Shown piece by piece: positions 1-10,400 of a DNA stretch of 64,000 nt. Source of the stretch: Octopus bimaculoides. Lineage: Eukaryota. A program made the translations under genes and the position numbers. How positions within the stretch are numbered: position 1 is the first letter of the stretch; each line of letters begins with the position of its first letter. Under the pieces are notes generated by a model. The model was not told the origin of the DNA, searched no databases, and saw nothing but the letters and a program-made list of their open reading frames with translations. Location of the stretch: contig NC_068981.1 in NCBI RefSeq assembly GCF_001194135.2, positions 154,394,741 through 154,458,740 on the forward strand, written 5' to 3'.

Positions 1-1190
1 TTAAACTAGTTAACATTCAGTAGACCATTCTTACCTCATTTCCCACTAACCTCTATTTTCCCACATTTAATAGCTATGTCTCATTATCATGCAACATCAT
101 GCTTCATACAGTCTGTTATTTGCACTAAAAGAGAAACCTTTTGTTGTCAGTAAAGGCAACTGCTCCTTGATCTTGAACACCTATTTTACTTTAGCAACTT
201 TGTTTTAACTAGAGCCACTTCCATCATTAAGTAGATTACCCAGGGAATGAAGTACTAATTAACTGACTCTAATGAGAATTATCAATTAAATATAAAAAAT
301 AAAATCCTCAGATATTATAAAACAGCATCCATTAGATTTCTATATTTCTGAGATGAAGTTTTGTATTTGTCGTTAAAATGCATTATTCTATTATCAATGT
401 CATCTTTTTATTTACACTATCCTTTGGTCAGTACATTCTCTGGACATCTTCAGATTTAAAGTCAAAAGCCAGCAGTCCCTTTTTAAATTACAAGTATCAA
501 CCGCCACTCAGTAGAATCAATAACAGATTTGTAAACTGCTTTAAACAGCAGGCAAATCCAACAGCATCAGTGATGATTCTTATAAACAAGAACTTTGCTA
601 TCGAATGAATATATTCCTGAGGCACAAATATCTAGCACATTGTTTAATGATTGCATTCATTACAAACATGATTCAAAAGCAAAATTCTAATTCCTTGGTG
701 TCACTTTGTTACTGGTTGGGAAGACACACAGAATCATCTGTGGTTAATAGCTAGCCAAGAAGTGACTGGAATAAAAGTAATTTATTCCTCTCACTTCTTG
801 ATTTTATATCAATGTTTGTGGAAGAGTGAAAAAATAACTTGTTAGGATTTAATTTAAAGAACATTAGAAAGTTGTGATCAAAGGGAAAATAACAACATTG
901 TAACTAGTTGAATATATATGTTGAACACATATGGAACAAAACTGAATGTTACATTCTATATGGAATGTGATTTCATTTACAAAGTACCTTAGTAGACACA
1001 AAAAAAAGTTATGGTGACAAAATATATCAAATTTATAGTTTGATCTATAGGCATATTTCACCCTTTAATGAAATTTTTGACTTATTTCTATTCATAGAGT
1101 ATAAAATTGTTGAAAGTCTAATGTTTATTAGATATGTGCATATAAAAAAATGTATAGATAGATATACATTTGGATAATATTTAATTGATC

Positions 1191-1281
1191 GAGCCTGGTG
1201 CAGCCTCTGGCTCACCAGTCTTCAGTCAAATCGTCCAATCCATGCCAGCATGGAAAGCGGACGTTAAACGATGATGATGAT
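1191..1281 (+). mobile_element. RTE-tail-type short repeat ending ccatgccagcatggaaagcggacgttaaacgatgatgatga
   Basis: The same 3' end recurs at about 13090-13306 (+), 17480-17645 (+), 27047-27250 (-), 32290-32400 (-), 37080-37260 (-) and 47630-47830 (-), and matches the tail of the 10337 LINE fragment. Confidence 0.65.
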
Positions 1282-2825
1282 AGAACTAGAAAATGATCTG
1301 ACAGTACACCCATAAAAATACAGTTTAAATAAAGCAAAAACAAAAAAAAAACATCTCCAAATGACTAATATCATTATATAACATATAGTGTAATATGTTG
1401 TTTTTATATGTGTTCAGGAATTTTTCAATGTACATTTTCCAACTCTGCAAAGAATGCCCAGTCTTCATGAAGCCGTTTAACCATAATAAGCTTATGTGTG
1501 TTGTTCCAGAATCAGTTGATAGAAATAATTACTCTTATGCTTTTGTAGCATAGAAGAATTTATCAATTAGGAGTTGCTCATAAGAGGAAGTATATGGTGT
1601 GTTGTTAAATGCAATATCAGTATATGAATCGTCAGTATATGAAAGAAATCTATTTTGTTATAGATCTTGTAGTAAAAACGGTAAGGTTTTGTTTTGGCTA
1701 TTATTAAATATTAGTGATTTCTTGATTCCTATTATTGATGATGAAAGTTGTTGCAACTGCTAATTAATGTTTCAAAATGCTGCCATGTAATGTTTAGCTA
1801 TACAGAGTTTAGTGCAATAGTTCAAGTATGTTTCATCCACTTTGCTGTCGGGCTAATGTGGTGTGGCAAAAAATTCATTGGTGATTGCAATGGTGGTGGG
1901 CAAAGTGACTTGGCTAGTGTATAGTAGTTTCAAAGCTTTAAAATGTTGTTAACCTTGGAGTTTAGGCAAGAAAAGAAAACCAATTTTATAGTTCTTTTGG
2001 TGTTTGCTGAACTTGATTAGTATGAACAATAAGTTTAGTGTTGTGGTGAACTAATAATGTTCTGGAATGTTTTCAGTGTGTTTGTGGTTCCGGGACTGTG
2101 TTGTTTGCATTAGAGCACATTGTTAGATTTTGAATTTAAGTTCTTTTGCTTTGTTGCATATGTGATCAAGTGTCATAGTGCACAGTTTAATTATACCTTC
2201 TTATTACAATGCAAAGAGCAATCCTTTGAATGGTTCTTTATTTGATGTCATTTGTAGCAAAGATGTGTACTCAAACAAAACTGATAAGCTATCCTCATAC
2301 TTTCCTTATCTGGGCTATTACTCTTTTACTGAATGACTGAATGAATAAATCTTTATGGGATGTTTCATAAGTTTTGTATTAAGGTTATGTCCTTTGTATA
2401 TTGTGTGAATGACTTTGAAGTGCAGTGAGGGACACCTAAAATCTTGATATCTTCTGTGTGCAAATGAAAGATACATGTTATAAAGTAACGATGAGTTTAA
2501 TTGGTGTGACTGTTAATGTATATGCTTTAGTTTTTATTTAGTATAACTGAAATTGGTGTACTGGTATATATAGTATAAAAGGAAAAAATGTGATAAGGAA
2601 GTTGTAAGCATGTTGTGTGCACATTTTGAGTTGGGATGCCATGCATATAGAGAATATAAACATTTTTAAAAATTAGACTTAAGGGAGATATTTTATTAAA
2701 TACTAAACATAATCGCTAAAAGGTAGTTGACTAGGTATCTGTTTATCTTGCCTTTTAGAGATGTTCAAAATATATTTTGATGAATAATTTGTGGGGAATA
2801 TAATTAACAGTTTTACTAATTTTAA

Positions 2826-3048
2826 CCCTTTAGCATTCAGATTACTCCATCAAATGTATTTCTTAGTTATTCACATTGTCTTGAATTAACCATGCATTGT
2901 CTTGTAGCTTTGAGATTTTGATGAAGTGATTGCTGTTTTTTTTTAGAATTACATTGTACGCTAGGTACAAGAGACCAGATTTGGCTAGTTTGAACATATA
3001 ACAGGTTGAATATTTGGGCTGGATATGGCTGGTTTAAAAGCTAAAGAG
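2826..3048. mobile_element. piggyBac-type MITE
   Basis: TTAA at 2822-2825 and 3049-3052; ends CCCTTTAGCATT...AAAGCTAAAGAG (inverted, 2 mismatches). Confidence 0.8.
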
Positions 3049-3099
3049 TTAACTGTGGTCATAATAGGATATTCTATGTTAACGCTATTTAATAATGCT

Positions 3100-4075
3100 G
3101 AAAAGTTTAGAAGTGGTGTAATATTTATTTGAAGAGGTCAAAATGGTTATGTGAGGAATCTTTATTTTCAAGATGGGATGGAGTGTAGAAGAGTGTCATT
3201 AATTTGCAGAAGTTTTCATCTGGTTTACCTAGTTTCTAAAGTATCTCTAATTGACAATGTTCATGGTTTTTGTTGAATATATTTTGTTATATGTGATCAA
3301 GTGTCATAGTGTGAAATTTGATTATACATGTCTACAATGATTCTCATGACTTTTGAAGTGTTTTTACTGTATGTATGTTTTTACTATATGTAGTTTTATT
3401 ATTTCTCTTTATGTAAAAAGAAGGATATTAGTTTAAGTTTTACATGAAAGATGCATATACAACATTTTTATAATTCCACCCTTTTTATGTGGTTTTTGGT
3501 GACTGATTTTTATAGAAATTTTTATCTGATTGCTGGATGCAAATCAACTGTAGGTATTTTTTTATGCTACTTATTGTTTTGTATTGTGTTTTACTTATGG
3601 TTTTGTAGTGCAGAATAGATATGAAGGATTTTTAACACTTTGTTAATTGTCTGTTATATTTTTGTTCACTGTTAAATATTTTTCGTGTGTCTGCTGTGTA
3701 TGTGGTATTAGAACATATTGTACAAGATCTTTTCCAGTTACTAGTAGTTTCAGTGGTATGGTTGGTGTCTTGATGTGCATTTTGTTTCTTAGATATTTCT
3801 GTAGTTATTTTGTTGGGTAAGCACACTAGTACATAAGTTGGTGGCATGGGTTTTTTTTTTTAAGGTCAGTGGAAGTAGTTTTGGCCTCTTTTTAAATCTA
3901 GTTCTTATGAAGCTTTTGTATATTTTACAAGAACTGTCAGTAGGGTAGTTGATGATGTTATGAGTTTTCAATGATTCTTGTGCACAGAATATTAGATAAC
4001 TAGATATAGCTTTTAATCTCCTTGATGTGTTCTTTATTTCCAAACTTGATTTCTTCATTAATATTTCTAACATTT
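3100..4075 (-). mobile_element. Possible decayed retroelement (strong G/T skew on the + strand)
   Basis: Broken minus-strand ORFs 3632-3847 and 3789-4073 with K/T/N-rich composition; weak resemblance to Penelope-like N-terminal regions. Confidence 0.25.
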
Positions 4076-5170
4076 CATTACTATATTATTGTTATGTCCT
4101 AATTACATACACCATATTATTATCTACAGACTTTGCACAACCTGATATATCAACTTGTTAGCCTGACCTTTTCTAACTATATCCTGATTATCTATAGCAG
4201 CAAATTACTTGTCTCACCCCACCCAAGCAGCCTAAAATATCATATGCATCATTGTTATAATGCTCCACTGAATCTCTAAGTTCATAGACCATTAAACACA
4301 TGTTGCAGTTATGTCTGTAAAAGAGAATGCACTCATCACTTCCAAATTGTAATAAAAAAAAAGTTGTTTTTTTCTGTTTTCCCTATTTTTGCTAATCTGT
4401 CAACAAAACCTAGCTATCAAATCTAGTCATACTAGTTACTCAATTTGTTTGCAATTCAATCTTCAATCTCTCAAATAAATCTATCAGTTACTCCTCCCTT
4501 TTTCTATCTTAGTAATATTCCACATTCTCTGACAACAGACAAGCCATTGCTTTCAAACATCCTTCATATGATATCTTTCAAACATTTCAAAACATGTGTT
4601 TAGAAAACAAAAAGTAACAGACCTCTAATGAAGCAGGTGTAGACATGGTTATGTGGTTACAAAGTTTACTTCTCAACCTCATGCTTTCAGGTTCCATCTT
4701 AGTGTTTGGTACCCTGGTCTTCTACAATAGCCTTGAGCTGACATGCATGTGAGTCAAATTTGGTTGACAGAAATTGTATTGAATCCTGTTTTGTGTGTAT
4801 AAAAATATGTGTGTATGTGTGTGTGGATATTTGTCTTCTATCTCTTCAGATGAGACCTTATAAGCAACAAGCATATTTATGCCTCCTTATGTTGCATAAC
4901 TTGGTAGTTGCATCAGTTTTGATGTATGAAGACAGTAGAATCAAAAAATATCTTACTTGACAAACAAGTGTTGGCAACAGGAAGGGCTTCTGGCTAAAAA
5001 ATGATGATGGTAGTGGCAGTAGTACTGCTACTGCTACCATTGTGGCTGCTGCTATCATAGTTATAAATTTGTACAACATGAAACAATTTTCTATCCTTGA
5101 TAGCTACTGATATAGCTTTGCAAAACAAGTTCACTGTCATCTTTTACACAAATGGTTCTTAGGAAGATGA

Positions 5171-5304
5171 TTTCTTATATAAATTAATGATGAATTTATG
5201 TTTAAAGCAGTTTTTTTTTTTTATGCTGTTGTGTTACCTTTCTTATATAAATTAATGATGAATTTATGTTTAAAGCAGTTTTTTTTTTAATGCTGTTGTG
5301 TTAC
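5171..5304. repeat. Tandem duplication of 68 bp
   Basis: tttcttatataaattaatgatgaatttatgtttaaagcag(T)n(a)tgctgttgtgttac occurs at 5171 and 5239, differing only around the T-run. Confidence 0.9.
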
Positions 5305-6321
5305 ATTTTTATATCAGTTGAGGTCTTTCAGTAGCTATTAACTTTAAAATTAAGCTTATATTCTTGTTTGAATTTATATTAAATATGAACTAAGATAGAA
5401 GAATATCAAAATAGCTGATACTTCCAAACCATTTCTCTTTGATTTCTTTTTTTTGTGTATCAACATACATGCATATTTAGCATAAATGAAATCAATAGAA
5501 AATCTTTCTGTTGGGCTTATGGATAATTCTTTTAAGTGCTTTTATTGTTAAACTTTACTGTCAATAATTTAGTATTAATCATACTTAGTGATATACTAGA
5601 AAGGACTGTCTTTATCTCTTTTTTTTTTTTTTAGTTTATTGTATGAAAATTTCAACAAAAGTGAGATAAATCAATATTGTTTATATAAAAATTAACTAAA
5701 GCTTGTTACATTCTTTTAGACCTTGAAAAATATATTATTAATTGGCAGTAGACATTTTTAAAGCACAGTACTATCACAAACATGATGTTATTATAGTTTA
5801 AATATATCTTGTATGTAAGAAAAGAGCAGATAAAAGTTTCATGTTAAATAGACACTCCAACTGATATGCAAACAATGCAACTATAAGAGTTAGAGTACAA
5901 CTGATAATATTAATATGAGGATATATAACTTAGAACATTAAGTGTGTTAGCTATTTTGATATTTATGACAGTATGAGAAGCCATTATCCAAGGACATAAA
6001 ATACTGTCTGATCTTTCACCGTAAGAAGTAAATAAGTTCTGTTATTCAAGTCACCTAAACTTTGATTGGAGAACTACAAACAGCAAAACTGGCAAGTGAT
6101 TAAGTGCTTAAGGAACTACTGGCTTTACAGAAGCAAAAGAAATTTTAGTCTTTCTTCCTCCAAAATAAGTTTGGCTATGTGATGCAAGTTCTTATTATAA
6201 GTGTTATGAAGTTTAAGCGTAATGAAATGTTGGCATTAAGTGTAATAAAGAACAAGTTGAGCAGTGAAACAGTGAACCATCAGCAATTGGAAATGATCTT
6301 TTAGATCAGAATGTAAGGAAA

Positions 6322-6504
6322 TACTGTATTTTAACATGTATAAGGAACCCTTTTTTGTCAAAAATTAGGTTAAAAAAATATGAGAGTTTCTTATACATGG
6401 ATAGAATTATAATCCCTTATGAAACTTTTTTTTCCAAATTTTAAGCCCAAAAATTAGGGGGTTCCTTACACATGAGGGTTCCTTATACATGTTAAAATAC
6501 GGTA
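6322..6504. mobile_element. Tc1/mariner-type MITE with 29-bp terminal inverted repeats
   Basis: tactgtattttaacatgtataaggaaccc (6322-6350) versus gggttccttatacatgttaaaatacggta (6476-6504), 1 mismatch, TA termini; an extra partial TIR copy lies at about 6457-6474. Confidence 0.8.
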
Positions 6505-6772
6505 CACTGTTTTGTAGATCCAACTGAATCATGCCATTATAAGTTACACATTTGAAACAAATAATACTATGTTAAGTTATATATCATACAGATTGCCATG
6601 ATCTATTCAAGAATCAGTATTCATTGTTATTGCTTTTAATATTCTTGTTTAAAAGTATTTTAAGGCTGTTTAAAATATTTTCTTTTGTTTACAGATACAA
6701 AAAATAAACTTATAAATATATATTCTTTTTGTAAATGTTTAATATATTTATTTTTATTGCTTTCTCTTTCAG

Positions 6773-7211
6773 AAATTCTCAGAATGGCTGATATCGAAAA
6801 TACACAAACAGTTGATTCAAATAAACAATTTAATAAAGAAGTATTGATCAAAAGCAGTATAGAAACAGAAAATATAAGTGTCTTAAAGTCAAAAGAAATA
6901 AAGTATCAGGAGACACATAAAAAACTTAATACTGACTCTGGAAGTGTTCAAACAACATCAGTCACAAGTACAAAAATGAAAGAACAACGAAGTATACTTA
7001 TAAAAGACCAGAATGGAGATCAGCCTCGAGGAATTTTGAAGAAAGACAGTAGCTTTGATTATAAAACAGAAGATATTAAGCCAAATTTAGACAGTTCAGA
7101 TAAAGAAAACTCAACACCAGTTCTTAAAAAACAACCAATGTCAACTAAAGTAGTATCTAGATCTTTATCTTATGAAGAATCAAAAGCAAATGAAAACCAG
7201 TCTTTAGAATG
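6773..7211 (+). CDS. SVIL: Supervillin exon 1 in window; ATG at 6784; charged low-complexity N-terminus MADIENTQ...QSLEW
   Basis: Acceptor tttctctttcag at 6772; ATG in strong context agaATGg; donor TG|gtaaga at 7212 (phase 2) fits the next exon. No homology-level motif here, so support is splice signals plus the open frame. Confidence 0.75.
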
Positions 7212-7444
7212 GTAAGAGATGATTATTATTAATAGTAATAACATTGTGGAAATATTAATCACTAACCTTGTTAAAATTTTAGAAATGAAAACATTTATTT
7301 ACCTGTATATTTTTTATTAACCAGTGGAGTGACAGGATTTGTAGCTTAACAGTCTTTAGTTATGTCACTTTACATTCTGAGTTCAAATCTTTCTAAGGTT
7401 TGCTTGTGCCTTTCAACCATCAGAGGATGAAAGTATAAATAACA

Positions 7445-7487
<43 letters not shown>

Positions 7488-10400
7488 TTAACTAGCTGGA
7501 CCCTTGAAAAATTCACAGAAAATATTTTAAAAAATGTAAGCATCTGTAAATTGTGTGCTGGTGCCATGGTAAAAACCAATAACTATAAAAGCCAACCAAA
7601 ATATCTCAGTTACACAAACATAAACAGAATTACTATTTAGCCTTAAAATACATTGTATGTATTCAAAGAACCTTCTTGGTTTAGTGATATCGGAAGTTCT
7701 TCTGAAGCACCGCCCTTTAGTTGAAGAAATCGAACCTGGACTTATTTCCTGTAAGCATGGTGCTTATTCTATCAGTCTTTTCTGCCGAACAGCTAAGTTA
7801 TGGGGATGCAAACACACCAACATTGGTTGTCAAACAGTAGTGGTGGTGGAACAAACACACACACACACACATAAAAATATTATATATATATATATGTATA
7901 TATGATGGGCTTCTTTCAGTTTCCATCTACCAAATTCACTCACAAGGCTTTGGTCGGCCTGAGGCTATAGTAGAAGACATTTTATAAAGTATAGAGTTGA
8001 ATTTCATGTAGCCACCTGTTGGCAACTTTTCTTCCCTGCCCATTTTGTAGTGGGTGTTACCCACTTTTCTGGGCTCTTTTCACAGCTATACCCTGTTCAA
8101 AATTTGCATTAGTTTTTTTGTATGAAAAAAGGTAGGGAGGGGGGTTTGTTTGTAGTTTGTTGAGAAAATGTTAAACATGCCTGAAAAAAACATTGTCTTT
8201 CCCCCCAACTAAAAGACAGGAAGAACTATGAAAGAAAGCGAATAAGTACTGGGGGTGGGGGAAAGAAGAGAGAAATAACAGTCGATCATTCTAGAACTCC
8301 CAGAATAAAAACGTAAACACCTGAAAGACTTTCCCTCTATTCGTTACTAAATGTCTTTCCTTCTTCTTCATTGTTAAAAGTAAAGAAGCTAGAAAAGATC
8401 AATTGTATTTCAGTCTAATTGTCATTGTAAATGACTGAGGCTTTCCTTTCTCTGTCTCTATCACTTCACTCCTTTTCTCTATGGTTAAAAGAGTGAAGGT
8501 GCGTGGCTCAGTGGTTAGGGGTATTCAGCCCATGATCGTAAAGTCATGAGTATGATTCCCAGCGGCGCACTGTGCAAGGTACTCTACTTCACCTTGCTGC
8601 AGTCCACTCAGCTGGCAAAAATGTTGTAGCTGTAATTCAAAGGGACCAGCCTTGTCACATTCTGTGTGAGGCTGAATCTCCCTGAGAACTGCCTTATGGT
8701 ATGCATGTCTGTGGAGTACTCAACCACTTGCACATTAATTTTATGAGCAGACTGTTCATTGATCAGATAAACAGGAACCTTGTTGTTGTAACTGATGGAG
8801 TGCCATTTTTAGAAAAGAGTGAAAGAAAAAGAGATGTTCCATATCGTATGGCAAAAATGTCATGTTTTTAGAATAAGCAGATGAAATAATTGCTATTCCG
8901 TCATGCATTTGCCCTCGATTCACACTCAGTTTGATAACAACAGCCTGCACATTGATGTTTATCTGGGCGCTTGGCCTCCAGATCTGCGAGACCCAGAAAT
9001 GTTGCTGTTAGGACCGGATTAACTCCCATAATGAGCCTAATGACTAAAAAGATTTTCCTGCCCCTATATAAGATCATTTTTCATTTTCTTCCAACCACTT
9101 GAAGGTTTATCTTGCTCCAGTCCACTCAGCTGGTCAAAATGAGTTGTAGCTGTAATTCAAAGGGGCCAGCCTTGTCATATTCTGTGTGAGGCTGAATCTC
9201 CCTGAGATTCAAGTAAATCGACCCCAGGACTTATTCTTTGGAAGCCTAGTACTTATTCTATCGGTCTCTTTTGCTGAACCGCTAAGTTACGGGGACGTAA
9301 ACTGCCANNNNNNNNNNNNNNNNNNNNNNNNNNNNNNNNNNNNNNNNNNNNNNNNNNNNNNNNNNNNNNNNNNNNNNNNNNNNNNNNNNNNNNNNNNNNN
9401 NNNNNNNNNNNNNNNNNNNNNNNNNNNNNNCAAGCGATGTTGGGGGGGGGAGACAAACACAGACACACAAACATATACACACACATACATATATATATAC
9501 ATATATACGACGGGCATCTTTCAGTTTCCATCTACCAAATCCACTCACAAGGCTTTGGTCGGCCCGAGGCTATAGTAGAAGACATTTGCCCTAGGTGACA
9601 TGCAGTGGGAGTGAACCCGGAACCATGTGGTTGGTAAGCAAGCTACTTACCACACAACCACTCCTTTAATAATAATAATGATGATAATTCTTTCTACTAA
9701 AGGCACAAAGCCTGAAACTTGGTGGAGGGGACTAGTTGATTACATTGACCCCAATGTTTCACTGGTACTTAATTCATTGACCCTGAAAGGATGAAAGGCA
9801 AAGTCAACCTCAGCAGAATTTGAACTAAGGACCTAGCGGCAGATGAAATACTGCTAAGCTTTTCGCCTGGTATGCTAACAATTCTGCCAACTTGCTACCT
9901 TAATAATAATAATAATAATCCTCTCTACACCATAGACATATTGTGACCCAGCAGAAATCGTATTGTATAGCTGACCTGGTTTACATAGTTAAAAATTCAT
10001 ACTTTTTATGCTTGTGAGGATAATATAGTTGAGAGAAATGACAGTGCTTTGGACTAACTGAATCACACTATTTAGTCAGTCTCACTATGTCTACAGTGAA
10101 GTTCCACCAGGATTACTTATCCTTTGGTAAAATATATCCCAGTAAAAGTCTGTGCACATGTGTGTGTGTGTGTATGTGTGTGTACCTTATGATACACACA
10201 CACACACACACACACTCATATACATATGTTAGTAGGTGATGATGCAGAGAGAGGGTACTCAGTACAAATGTAGAGTGCAGTAGTACACTTAAGCTGATCC
10301 AGTGTAACAGGCCACTGGTTTGGCTTCAATAGCTATATCATCATCATCATCATCGTTTAATGTTCACTATCTATGCTGGTGTGGGTTGGATGGTTTGACT

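Noticed and set aside
4858-5079. Minus-strand ORF resembling a signal peptide (MLYKFITMIAAATMVAVAVLLPLP)
   Set aside because: The hydrophobic run comes from degenerate trinucleotide repeats; there is no splice or homology support.
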